Of a stretch of 64,000 bases of DNA, positions 39,274-48,589 are shown in pieces (the stretch's first letter is position 1; the number at the start of each line of letters is the position of its first letter). The DNA lies in the NCBI GenBank assembly GCA_965217585.1, contig OZ244561.1:3552001-3616000 (forward strand), written 5' to 3'. The translations under genes and the position numbers were made by a program. This DNA is from Candidatus Latescibacterota bacterium (GTDB lineage: Bacteria; Latescibacterota; UBA2968; UBA8231). The notes beneath the pieces were generated by a model that made no database searches, was not told the origin of the DNA, and was given only the letters and a program-made list of their open reading frames with translations.

Positions 39274-40047
39274 GTGGAACTATCCTGTTGTGCTTGGGCC
39301 TTGACCGGCTCGGAAGAAGACGCCCTCACCGCGCTGGCCGCTATCGGCTTCCGCTCTATTGACGTACAGGCGAAGACCTTTGTCGGCCCGGCGTCGCGAG
39401 CGCGCATCGACGACCTCGGCCTGTCGGTCTCCTGCCTCGCGCTGTGTTTTAACATGGAAGACGGCGCGGCGCTCGACGGCGCAACAGCCGTCGCTCAACA
39501 AGCCGCCCTCGACCACTGTCGGGAGGCCCTGGACCACGCTGCCGCCCTCGGTGCCGGTACCGCGTATGTTGTCCCAGGGACCGATCCAGCCGCGCTACCC
39601 CAGTTTGGTGAGGCCTTGGGGCAGGTGGCGGACTTCGCGGCCGCGCGCGCGATTCGGGTCGGGGTTGAGCACTTCCCCGGCAAGGCGCTGCCGACGGCTG
39701 CCGGGACCTTGGAGTACTTGTCTCGCCTAAACCACCCCAACCTCTACTTGCTCCTCGACACCGGCCACCTACAGATGTCCAAGGAAAACCCGGCCACTGT
39801 CATAGCCGCCGCCGGAGACCGGCTCGGGTACGTGCATCTAGATGACAACGACGGGAAGGCCGACTTGCACTGGCCCCTACTAGAGGGCGTGCTGACCGAG
39901 GAGGCGCTAACCGCGACTTTCGCCGCCCTCGCCCTAAGCCCGTACGCCGGCCCAGCGAGCATTGAGCTCAGCCCCCAACTCCCCGACCCCGTGGCCGCGC
40001 TGGCCCAAAGCCGCGCTTGCGCCCTGCAAGCGGCTAAAAGAGAGTAG
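39274..40047 (+). CDS. Sugar phosphate isomerase/epimerase family
   Basis: VEHFP, LDTGH, YVHLDDNDG, SIEL. Confidence 0.8.
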   Translation: MELSCCAWALTGSEEDALTALAAIGFRSIDVQAKTFVGPASRARIDDLGLSVSCLALCFNMEDGAALDGATAVAQQAALDHCREALDHAAALGAGTAYVVPGTDPAALPQFGEALGQVADFAAARAIRVGVEHFPGKALPTAAGTLEYLSRLNHPNLYLLLDTGHLQMSKENPATVIAAAGDRLGYVHLDDNDGKADLHWPLLEGVLTEEALTATFAALALSPYAGPASIELSPQLPDPVAALAQSRACALQAAKRE

Positions 40048-40050
40048 TCG

Positions 40051-41778
40051 ATGCCTATTTATATTCTGCTTTTAGCTGGCCTATCCTTCATCGCCTGTAG
40101 TGGCGACGAGGGTGCCCTCAAAAAGGTGCCGCGCAACCGGACCTTGATCATGGACTGCGCCGAGGCCAATTCCTGCTCCGGTCAGATCCAGGATTACAAC
40201 TCCTTCAACCCCTTCATTCCGGGCAGTATCTCGCGGATAGGCTACAACTTCCTCTACGAGCCGCTCTACTTCTTCAATGCCTACGAGGAAGATTCCGAGC
40301 TAATACCTTGGATCGCCGAGAGCCACCGTTTCAACGAGGATTACACCGAACTCGTGGTCAAAATCCGTCCGGGCGTCGAGTGGAGCGACGGGCATCCTTG
40401 GTCGGCGCACGACTTTGTCTTTACCATCAACATGCTCGTGGAGCACGCCCCACAGCTCGTGTACTCGACGGATATGGCGACTTGGGTCGAAGAGGCGGTC
40501 GCCCTCGACAGCCTGACGGCGCGCGTCGCGCTCAAGGCGCCCAACCCGCGCTTCCTCTTCAGCTACTTCGTCCACAGTGGCGACCAGGGCGTCCCCATCG
40601 TGCCCAAGCACATCTGGGAGGGCAAAGACCCGCTGACGTTTGCCAACTTCGACCTGCAAAAAGGCTGGCCGGTTCTGACCGGTCCCTATCGCATTGCGCG
40701 CTCGGAACCGGCTCAACGGATCTGGGATCTGCGCGAGGGCTGGTGGGCTGAAAAACTCGGTTTTCAGGAGCTGCCCCAAGTCGAGCGGCTGATCTACCTG
40801 ACCTATATGGAGGAGCACAAGCGCGTGCAAAATCTGATCGCCAACAACATCGACACCTGCTTGGAGCTGCGCCCGGCCAACATGGTTTCCCTATTGGAGC
40901 GCAATCGCAACATCACGACTTGGACCGGCCGCGAGCCGCCGTATAGCTACATCACTTGGTGGCCCATCTCGCTGGGGTTCAATGGGCTGGAGGCCCCTTG
41001 GTCCGACCCGGAGATGCGCCGCGCGGTCAACTACGCCATCGACCGCGAACAGCTCGTGGCTATCGGCTGGCAAAACTCAGGTTCGTGGACGCTGCTGCCC
41101 TTGCCCGACCTCCCGCAGATGCATCGGTATTTTACCCTCGCCGAGGACTTGGTCGCCAAGCACCAAGTCGGCGTCTTTGACTTGGGAAAGAGCGCGGAGA
41201 TACTCGCCCGCAAAGGATACGTACGCAACGGGGTTTTCTGGGAAAAGGACGGGCAGCCCCTAAGCATGGTCATCGACATCTTCTCCCACTTTCAGGACCT
41301 GACGCCGGTGCTCATCGCCCAGCTCAAAAAGGCCGGCATCAACGCCTCCTTCCGCATGACCTCGGACTTCTCCACGCGCCTGCGCCAGGGCACGGCCCGG
41401 GCGTACCTGATCGGCAACTTCAGCTCCATGCGCGACCCCTATTTTGTGCTGCGCCAGTACCACAGCCGCTTTGTCCAGCCCACCGGAGAGCCGGCCGACA
41501 TGCCGTGGCGCTGGCAAAACCTGGCCTACGATGCGCTGATTGACCAGATGGGTCAGACCCCGACCGACGCCCCGGAGATGGACGAACTCTACCGAGAGGC
41601 CATGGACCTCTGGCTGGCTGAGTTGCCCTCCATTCCCATCGTCCAATGGCCGCACCGCATCCCGCACAACGAGACCTATTGGACCAACTGGCCCAGCGCA
41701 GAAAACCCCTATATCAACAGCGCTTACTGGAGCCGCACCTGGCTTTTGGTGCTGCTGAACTTGCGGCCGCAGATGTGA
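40051..41778 (+). CDS. ABC transporter substrate-binding lipoprotein (family 5)
   Basis: Lipobox FIAC, LYEPL, WSDG, TGPY, RRAVNYAIDRE. Confidence 0.85.
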   Translation: MPIYILLLAGLSFIACSGDEGALKKVPRNRTLIMDCAEANSCSGQIQDYNSFNPFIPGSISRIGYNFLYEPLYFFNAYEEDSELIPWIAESHRFNEDYTELVVKIRPGVEWSDGHPWSAHDFVFTINMLVEHAPQLVYSTDMATWVEEAVALDSLTARVALKAPNPRFLFSYFVHSGDQGVPIVPKHIWEGKDPLTFANFDLQKGWPVLTGPYRIARSEPAQRIWDLREGWWAEKLGFQELPQVERLIYLTYMEEHKRVQNLIANNIDTCLELRPANMVSLLERNRNITTWTGREPPYSYITWWPISLGFNGLEAPWSDPEMRRAVNYAIDREQLVAIGWQNSGSWTLLPLPDLPQMHRYFTLAEDLVAKHQVGVFDLGKSAEILARKGYVRNGVFWEKDGQPLSMVIDIFSHFQDLTPVLIAQLKKAGINASFRMTSDFSTRLRQGTARAYLIGNFSSMRDPYFVLRQYHSRFVQPTGEPADMPWRWQNLAYDALIDQMGQTPTDAPEMDELYREAMDLWLAELPSIPIVQWPHRIPHNETYWTNWPSAENPYINSAYWSRTWLLVLLNLRPQM

Positions 41779-41791
41779 GGGAGCCGGCGCA

Positions 41792-42127
41792 ATGGATCGC
41801 CATGCTAGGGAGACCCTTACTGCGGCGTGGTTGGTGGCTTCAGCTATGCTGCTTTTCATATTGATCACGCCCTATCTTGTGCCGGAGAAAACGCTTTTTT
41901 CTGCAAGCGAGGCTTTTAAGGTGCCGCATCGCAGTGGGGAAACGTGCGCTTTGTGCGGCATGACGCGCGCATTCGCGGCTATTGCACGTGGCGACTTTGC
42001 CACGGCCCTTATGTACAATCGAGGATCGGTCGCCTTTTATGCAGCTTTACTCGCCAATCAGCTAGTGGGCGCCTTTTTCTTGCTGCGTCGAATGCACAAA
42101 AGGAGATACCATCATGCAGGTGCTTAG
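41792..42127 (+). CDS. DUF2752-like membrane protein
   Basis: CALCGMTRAF..GDF..A..YN. Confidence 0.7.
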   Translation: MDRHARETLTAAWLVASAMLLFILITPYLVPEKTLFSASEAFKVPHRSGETCALCGMTRAFAAIARGDFATALMYNRGSVAFYAALLANQLVGAFFLLRRMHKRRYHHAGA

Positions 42128-42362
42128 TTTGCTTTGGGGAATTCTGGCTATCGTTGGAATGGTCGTGGGGTTTTTCCCGTGTCTCGGCTCGCTAAACTGG
42201 CTCAATATACCTTTTGCAGGCATCGGCATCATCGTCAGCGGCCTCGCGCTGGTCTCGGCGGGCAACAACTCCAAAAGCAGCGGTATCGCTGGCTTAGTAT
42301 GCTGCATTGTGGCCCTGTTTTTTGGCATCATACGCCTCGCGCTAGGCGGAGGCGTTTTCTAA
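42114..42362 (+). CDS. Small hydrophobic membrane protein
   Basis: 82 aa, three hydrophobic segments, RBS AGGAG. Confidence 0.7.
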   Translation: MQVLSLLWGILAIVGMVVGFFPCLGSLNWLNIPFAGIGIIVSGLALVSAGNNSKSSGIAGLVCCIVALFFGIIRLALGGGVF

Positions 42363-42377
42363 CGCAGAATCGCAGCA

Positions 42378-43607
42378 TTAACCCGACGCACGGCGTGGAT
42401 CGGGTCCCGTGTACTTAGCGCGTGGGCGTATCAGGCGTCCGGTCTGATACTGCTCAATGGCGTGGGCGATCCAGCCGATGGTTCGGCCGAGACAGAACAG
42501 CAACTGGGCTGCTCCTTTCTCCAATCCTAGGGCACGGCGCAGAGCCACCAGACCCAGATCCACATTGTGGGAAAGACCCGTCCGCTTGCCGACTTCCTCG
42601 ATCAACGCCTTTGCCATCGCCAATTCCAAAGCATTGGGGGCCGCTTCCTCCAGCAGTTCCATGAGGATTTTCGCACGGGGGTCAACGCCGCGATAGACCA
42701 CGTGTCCGAAGCCTTCGATTGTATCTCCCCTCTTGAGCCTGCTGGCAATGGTATCTCCCACGTCGTTCGCTGATTCAGCTTCGTCCCACAAGGCCTCCAG
42801 CCGACCGGTCGCCCCCCCGTGACGGGGACCTTGCAGGGCGCTGAGGCCGGCGGTTACCACCGCATACAGACTGGCCCCGCTTGAAGCCACGGTGCGGCAA
42901 GTAAACGTCGAGACGTTGAGCTCGTGATCGGCACACAGAATCAGGGCCGCTTCGATCAATCGGGCTGTTTCCGGTCGTCCGGGTAGCCAAGCGCTCTGCA
43001 GCGTCTGGGCGATGCCGCTGCTGGTTTTGTCTTGGACAGCGGCAATCAGCGTCATGAACCGGAGGATGCGAGCGCCGCACTGATAGATGTGCGGCGGCGC
43101 AGTGGCGAAAGCCGCGGGGTCTTGGGCTCCAATCACGGGAAGCAGCGCCTGCATCCGCTCGACTTTCGACAGCGGTGCAAGCTCTGAGATGAGCGCTGGG
43201 CTGAGGCCGTTCAGCCGGGAGTCGCCAGCGAATTCCTCGATTTGCAGAGATCTATCTCCCGTCCACAGCAATGCGGCGACCTCCTCCACCGTGTTCTCAC
43301 GCGCCAATTCGCCGACGCTGATCCCCCGATAGTAGAGGTCGTCATCGTCGATCCGGCTCAGAGCCGACTCCAGTACCGGGTCTCCTGCTCTCAGGGCCTG
43401 CTCGGCAGCTACTTCGGGATGCGCCCGAAGCTCCTTGTGGCGGCGGAGACGCTCGATGTCTTCGCGATAGTACTGGCGAGTGCGATGCCGCTGATCCCCT
43501 GTTTCGGAACGGATCAGGCCGCGACTTACATAGGAATAGAGGGTCTGCGGCCGGATTCCCAGCTCGGCACAGGCCTCTTTAGCGGATAAATAGCGCGAAG
43601 GAGCCAT
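42378..43607 (-). CDS. HTH-citrate synthase family fusion protein
   Basis: N-terminal LSAKEAC..TLYSYVSRG HTH; DHELN, HGGA, GFGH, NVD, RPRAKY. Confidence 0.85.
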   Translation of the reverse strand: MAPSRYLSAKEACAELGIRPQTLYSYVSRGLIRSETGDQRHRTRQYYREDIERLRRHKELRAHPEVAAEQALRAGDPVLESALSRIDDDDLYYRGISVGELARENTVEEVAALLWTGDRSLQIEEFAGDSRLNGLSPALISELAPLSKVERMQALLPVIGAQDPAAFATAPPHIYQCGARILRFMTLIAAVQDKTSSGIAQTLQSAWLPGRPETARLIEAALILCADHELNVSTFTCRTVASSGASLYAVVTAGLSALQGPRHGGATGRLEALWDEAESANDVGDTIASRLKRGDTIEGFGHVVYRGVDPRAKILMELLEEAAPNALELAMAKALIEEVGKRTGLSHNVDLGLVALRRALGLEKGAAQLLFCLGRTIGWIAHAIEQYQTGRLIRPRAKYTGPDPRRASG

Positions 43608-43615
43608 CGTTATAG

Positions 43616-43668
43616 ATTGATTTATGAATCAATATTGACAATATAAGTGATCGCGTTATAATCGTCAA
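43616..43668. promoter_or_regulatory. Overlapping divergent sigma70 promoters and palindromic operator
   Basis: + strand TTGACA(43635)-16-TATAAT(43657); - strand TTGACG-17-TATATT; palindrome ATTGATT-tatg-AATCAAT at 43616-43633. Confidence 0.7.
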
Positions 43669-43694
43669 TTAACCAATCCAACGGAGCTTGGGAC

Positions 43695-44807
43695 ATGACC
43701 AATGAGATCAAAGAAGGACTGGAGGGTGTAGTCGCTGCCCGCACGCGGTTGAGCGGGATCGACGGAGAGAAGGGCAGACTGTGGTTGGCGGGCTTCTCTC
43801 TTGAGGAACTTGCCCCCAACGCGCACTTCGAGGAAACGGCCTACCTGTTGTGGCATGGCCAGCTTCCGGATTGCAAGCAGCTTGAGACATTCTGCGCTCG
43901 ACTGTCGAGTTGGTCCCTGCCCGAGTACACCCAATCTCTGATTGAGGCCGCCGTCATAACTGAACAGAGGCCAATCGACGTACTGCGGCTGACCCTTGAT
44001 TCGCTTCGCCTCGAGGGCGCGGAGTCGGATATCGCGCTTGTGGGTGCCACTCCTGTTATCGTCGCTGCCACATGGCGATTGATGGCTCAAAAACCCGTAA
44101 TTCAGCCGGATCCAGGACTTCGTCTGGCGGAGAACTTCCTCTACATGCTGTCAGGCCGTAGGCCGACCGCGGCCATGGCTCGCGCGTTGGACACCTACTT
44201 CAACGCGATGGTTGATCACGGCATGAACGCGTCAACCTTCACCGCTCGCGTTATCACTTCGACGCGCTCTGATCGGAAGTCAGCCGTCGTCGGCGCTCTC
44301 GGTGCCTTAAAAGGTCCACTGCACGGCGGCGCACCGGAGCCGGCCTTGGCCATGCTACAGCAAATTGGCGTTCCCGACCGAGCAGAATCCTTCATTAGAA
44401 ACGTTCTTGAACGCGGTGAACGCTTAATGGGCTTTGGGCACCGCGAGTACAAAGTACGGGATCCCCGAGCGGCCATCCTCGCACAAGCCGCTGAGAAGCT
44501 GTGCGTGGCAAAAGGAGATACGGGCCTGCTCGACTTGGCCAGACTCGTAGAATCAGAGGCGGTTCGACTATTGGAGGAATACAAGCCGGGCCGGCGTTTG
44601 TTTACCAACGCCGAGTTCTATACGGCGGTTCTGCTACGCGAACTTGGCGTCCCGTCGGAGCTGTTTAGTTGCACCTTCGCCGTAACTCGCATGGCAGGCT
44701 GGATCGCGCACTGCCGGGAACAGGAAGCAGTGGAGCGAATTTTTCGGCCGCAGTCGGAGTACGTCGGGTGCGAGGGGAGAGAGTGGGTGCCTCTAGGAGA
44801 CCGCTGA
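43695..44807 (+). CDS. Citrate synthase family protein
   Basis: GLEGVVA, DHGMNAST, GPLHGGA, GFGHREY, TNAEFY. Confidence 0.9.
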   Translation: MTNEIKEGLEGVVAARTRLSGIDGEKGRLWLAGFSLEELAPNAHFEETAYLLWHGQLPDCKQLETFCARLSSWSLPEYTQSLIEAAVITEQRPIDVLRLTLDSLRLEGAESDIALVGATPVIVAATWRLMAQKPVIQPDPGLRLAENFLYMLSGRRPTAAMARALDTYFNAMVDHGMNASTFTARVITSTRSDRKSAVVGALGALKGPLHGGAPEPALAMLQQIGVPDRAESFIRNVLERGERLMGFGHREYKVRDPRAAILAQAAEKLCVAKGDTGLLDLARLVESEAVRLLEEYKPGRRLFTNAEFYTAVLLRELGVPSELFSCTFAVTRMAGWIAHCREQEAVERIFRPQSEYVGCEGREWVPLGDR

Positions 44808-44845
44808 CACTGCCCGCCTCAAGCACTTGGACTTGCTCCACAAGG

Positions 44846-44889
44846 GTCCCATAGCGACTTTTCCGCCGTCCTTCGCCTATACTAACGCA
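44846..44889 (-). repeat. Orphan copy of the ECF sigma leader and start (53555-53599)
   Basis: Exact 23-bp block cgtccttcgcctatactaacgca plus exact 10-bp gtcccatagc at both sites. Confidence 0.85.
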
Positions 44890-44908
44890 AGTGAGGTGCG
44901 TCGTAAAA

Positions 44909-45952
44909 ATGAGAACGTTCAAGCTGTGGGTGGGCGGGGATGCGCACGTGGGCACGGATCTGGCGCGTGCCAATCGCCGTAGTCTTGAGGATGCGATCCT
45001 GCAGGCCGAACAGGGCGGTGCCGGTGGCGGTCCACCGTTCGAGTGGGATATTATGCTGGACGTCGGGGACCTGTCCGGGTCGCAGACACCGCCGGATGAC
45101 GAGGAAGGGGAAGAGGTGGTGCGGCAGTACAGCGCGTCGACCAAACATCCCCGGGAAGATTTCTACAATATTGTGGGCAACCACGACGCCAGCGGCCCTG
45201 ACGAGCCGTGCCAGTGGTGGTTCCGGAAGTGGGTGGATCCCACCGGGGAGAATTCCGAGTATTCCGGCGTTCACGCCGACCGGAGGCCTTATCCGGTCGA
45301 GGGGACCTGGGAGCGGTATTCGTTTCAGGTGGGGAATGTCCTGTTTCTGGCGATGGGTGACCGCAATGACGGCGGGCCTCCGGTTGGGCGGGGCGAGAGA
45401 GGCGGATATCCCGCAGGCGCGGTGACGCGGGAGACGTTCGAGTGGTGGAAAGAGAAGGTCGAAGAAAACCACGACAGGATCATTGTAACGGCCCACCACC
45501 ATATGTTGAGGGACACGACAGTGGCGTCCGGCCCCTGGGAGGGGGTTGACGGAGGCTACCATGGCCGCTTTGAAGACGGGGCGCCCATCGGGGCATCGTA
45601 TCTCTATTTCGTGGGGGGAGAACCGGATGCAGGGGCATTCGAGTCTTATTTGGAGGCGAATCCGGGCGCGGTCGATCTCTGGCTGGGGGGGCATACCCAT
45701 ACGAATCCGGATGATACACACGGCGGGCGGTCTCATGTAGAGCGGAAGTGGGGGGTGACCTTCGTCAATGTGGCGGCAATTTCGAGATATCACGGCAGCA
45801 GGAATATTTCGCTGAGCCGGTTGTTGACGTTTTCGGAAGGGGCGGCGGAGGTCAATATCAGGTGCTACCTCCATATGAGCGACTATGCACCTCAGGGGTG
45901 GTACGACAGGGCGGAAAGGACGACGCCGCTGCGGATGTCGTTCTCATATTGA
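44909..45952 (+). CDS. Metallophosphoesterase (calcineurin-like)
   Basis: DAH, GDL, GNHD, HHH, GHTH. Confidence 0.85.
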   Translation: MRTFKLWVGGDAHVGTDLARANRRSLEDAILQAEQGGAGGGPPFEWDIMLDVGDLSGSQTPPDDEEGEEVVRQYSASTKHPREDFYNIVGNHDASGPDEPCQWWFRKWVDPTGENSEYSGVHADRRPYPVEGTWERYSFQVGNVLFLAMGDRNDGGPPVGRGERGGYPAGAVTRETFEWWKEKVEENHDRIIVTAHHHMLRDTTVASGPWEGVDGGYHGRFEDGAPIGASYLYFVGGEPDAGAFESYLEANPGAVDLWLGGHTHTNPDDTHGGRSHVERKWGVTFVNVAAISRYHGSRNISLSRLLTFSEGAAEVNIRCYLHMSDYAPQGWYDRAERTTPLRMSFSY

Positions 45953-46058
45953 TCGGCGACGGGCGCTCGTATCGCGGTCCGCAGCCGCCGGTTCCTCAAG
46001 CGATGTGGAACCGTATTCGGTGATTGGAGGCGCACCGGCTCGGTTGATCGGGAAGTGA
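45952..46058 (+). pseudogene. C-terminal remnant of a hexapeptide-repeat acyltransferase
   Basis: 46002-46058 reads DVEPYSVIGGAPARLIGK*; out-of-frame IGDG just upstream; no start. Confidence 0.55.
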
Positions 46059-46084
46059 GACGAGAGAGGCGAAAGGATCCCGCG

Positions 46085-47233
46085 ATGACAGGACGCGAAT
46101 ATTTGGAATCGATTATGCCAACGCGCGAGATGGTGGATCATTTTGTGACACCTGCTAAGGCCGATGTGCCGGTAGAGTTGGCGAGGATTATGTGTAATAA
46201 TGCACAGTCGGCGTTTGATCCCGAGATCGGATGGGTGGTTTGCGATGGGTTTCGCGGTGGTGGTGTGGATGATTCGCGCGGGTTTTACGCGTACGAGAAA
46301 GACGGTGCGCGGCGGGTGGTCAATTACGCGGATCGCCCGTGTCGTATCCATACGTATGGGAATAGCTTTACGCATTGCGATCAGGTCAGCAATGGGGAGA
46401 CATGGCAGGAGTATTTGGCCGCGCATCTGCTGGAACCCGTTCGCAATTACGGCATTGGCGGGCACAGTGTGTATCAGGCGTATCGGCGAATGTTAATTGT
46501 GGAGAGGGAATATCCCGCCGAATACGTGATTTTGAATGTGTGGGACGACGATCACTTTCGAAATTTGGATGCGTGGCGGTCCATTCGCATGGGACGACAG
46601 GGGAGGTTTACGCTGCCGCATTTGTGCGTGAATCTGGAAAGCGGAACCGTGGAAGAGCGCGAGAATTTGTGTAAGACTCCCGAACAACTCTATCACTTAT
46701 GCGATGCGGATTGGGTGTGGGAGACTTTTGGCGACGATCCGATTTTGCACGCGGTTATGGCGCGCAAAGGCAGTGTGGAAGATGCGTCGGCAATGGCGCA
46801 AAGTATGGGGGGAGAGTTCGAGAATGCGGGATCAGATGCCGAGGTTTACAGCTTGCATACCGAAGCTGCTCTGTTTGCGACGCGGTTTGTGGTTGAAAAG
46901 GCCGAAGCGTTTACAAAGGCCAATGGAAAAAAGCTGCTGGTGATTTTGTCATTTGGTTCGCACAATGTAGCGAATGCCCTGAAGGGCGAGCCGCTTTTTG
47001 ACCAGACGTTTTTGGATTGGTTGGCGACAAAGGACGTACCGATGATCGATTTGCGCGATGCTTTGCGGGAAGAATACGCGACATATCGAGGGGATGTACA
47101 GACGTTTTTGGCACCGTATTATATCGGGCATCACACGCCGCGCGGGAATTTCTTTTTTGCCTGGGCGATAAAAGATCGAATTGTAGAATGGCTCGATCCA
47201 AAACCATTGCCCTATCAAATAGCGTCGGATTGA
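46085..47233 (+). CDS. SGNH/GDSL hydrolase-like protein
   Basis: YGNSFT, NYGIGG, late GHH; codon usage differs from neighbours. Confidence 0.6.
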   Translation: MTGREYLESIMPTREMVDHFVTPAKADVPVELARIMCNNAQSAFDPEIGWVVCDGFRGGGVDDSRGFYAYEKDGARRVVNYADRPCRIHTYGNSFTHCDQVSNGETWQEYLAAHLLEPVRNYGIGGHSVYQAYRRMLIVEREYPAEYVILNVWDDDHFRNLDAWRSIRMGRQGRFTLPHLCVNLESGTVEERENLCKTPEQLYHLCDADWVWETFGDDPILHAVMARKGSVEDASAMAQSMGGEFENAGSDAEVYSLHTEAALFATRFVVEKAEAFTKANGKKLLVILSFGSHNVANALKGEPLFDQTFLDWLATKDVPMIDLRDALREEYATYRGDVQTFLAPYYIGHHTPRGNFFFAWAIKDRIVEWLDPKPLPYQIASD

Positions 47234-47332
47234 GGCCGGATCGGTCCGGGCGGCGATGATCCTCCCGTTTCAGGAAATGCACATCCACACTCTTCCAAAG
47301 AAAAGTGAACAAACACCCGCAAAGTGAAAGCC

Positions 47333-48571
47333 ATGAACCCCTACCAAACTAATGTCTTTATTAATGCGCAAGCCCACCCTCCACCGGCCTACGGTCCAAC
47401 ACAGCAGGCGTTACTAAATCGAGATGCCTTCGCTGATGTGGAAGTAGAGGTGACACGCTTGCCCGGTTATCAACTGACGCCGCTGATTGCATTGAACGGT
47501 CTTGCGGCGGCGAGCGGTGTTGAAGGCCTGTGGTGCAAGCATGAAGGGTATCGATTCGAGGTGGGGAGTTTTAAACCGACGGGACCCGTTTACGCAATGC
47601 TGTCCGTGTTGAAGGGTGAAATCAAAAAAGCCACCGGTGTGGAAACAGTCACAACACAGGACCTGATAAATCGGCAGTATGAATCGGTGACGAGAGAGGT
47701 TGTCGTCTCGGCGGCAACATCGGGCAATCACGGGCGAGCGTTGGCGTGGGGTGCCCGTATGTTCGGTTGTCGATGCGTGATTTACATGAACGATGGCGTC
47801 AGCGCCGGTAGAGAGGAAGCGATTGCTGCCTATGGCGCAGAGGTGGTGCGGGTAGCGGGAAACTACGATCGAGTGGTGCAACGCTCCTACGCGGACGCTG
47901 AGATGTTCGGCTATTTTGCCATATCGGATGAAAAATCTGCAGATTATCCCCACATCTCCCGTGAGATTATGCAGGGTTACGCAATGGTCGCGGACGAAAT
48001 CGTTCGACAGTTCAGCGACCTCCAGCCGCCCACTCATGTCTTTGTCCCCGGCGGTGGCGGTCGATTGGCCGCGGCGACCTGCGGGCATTTGTGGGAGCGA
48101 TATGAGAGCAACCATCCGCGGGTAGTTGTTGTTGAACCCACCACATCTGCCTGCCTATACCGAAGCGCGCTTGAAAACAGCGCAGCAACCGTCAGCGCAG
48201 ATGGTCGGTCCGTTATGGACGGACTGGTCGTTGAATCCGCTTCGCCCCAAGCGTGGGATATTCTAAGGGCTGGTGCTTTCGCCTTTCTTACTATCCCTGA
48301 CGAAGCGGCTGTTGATGCCATGCGACAAGCGGCGACAGGTGTCGGTGGAGATCCCCCAATCGCGATTGGTGAAACGGGGATTGCAGCGTGGGCAGGATTG
48401 CTGGCAACGACCCGTGACGAAAATCTGCGGCAGCAGCTTGGACTCGATTGCGACAGCCGTATCGTCATCATTGCAACCGAGGGGGCGACCGATCCGGAGG
48501 TTTATTGCAACCTTGTTGGCACGACTCCGGAAGCGGTTTTGGCGGGAACCGAACCTCAACCAACGGAATAG
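47333..48571 (+). CDS. Diaminopropionate ammonia-lyase family PLP enzyme
   Basis: GSFK, ATSGNHGRA, IMQGY, PTHVFV, ATEGATDP. Confidence 0.8.
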   Translation: MNPYQTNVFINAQAHPPPAYGPTQQALLNRDAFADVEVEVTRLPGYQLTPLIALNGLAAASGVEGLWCKHEGYRFEVGSFKPTGPVYAMLSVLKGEIKKATGVETVTTQDLINRQYESVTREVVVSAATSGNHGRALAWGARMFGCRCVIYMNDGVSAGREEAIAAYGAEVVRVAGNYDRVVQRSYADAEMFGYFAISDEKSADYPHISREIMQGYAMVADEIVRQFSDLQPPTHVFVPGGGGRLAAATCGHLWERYESNHPRVVVVEPTTSACLYRSALENSAATVSADGRSVMDGLVVESASPQAWDILRAGAFAFLTIPDEAAVDAMRQAATGVGGDPPIAIGETGIAAWAGLLATTRDENLRQQLGLDCDSRIVIIATEGATDPEVYCNLVGTTPEAVLAGTEPQPTE

Positions 48572-48589
48572 GGAGACGTTCCAACTGCA

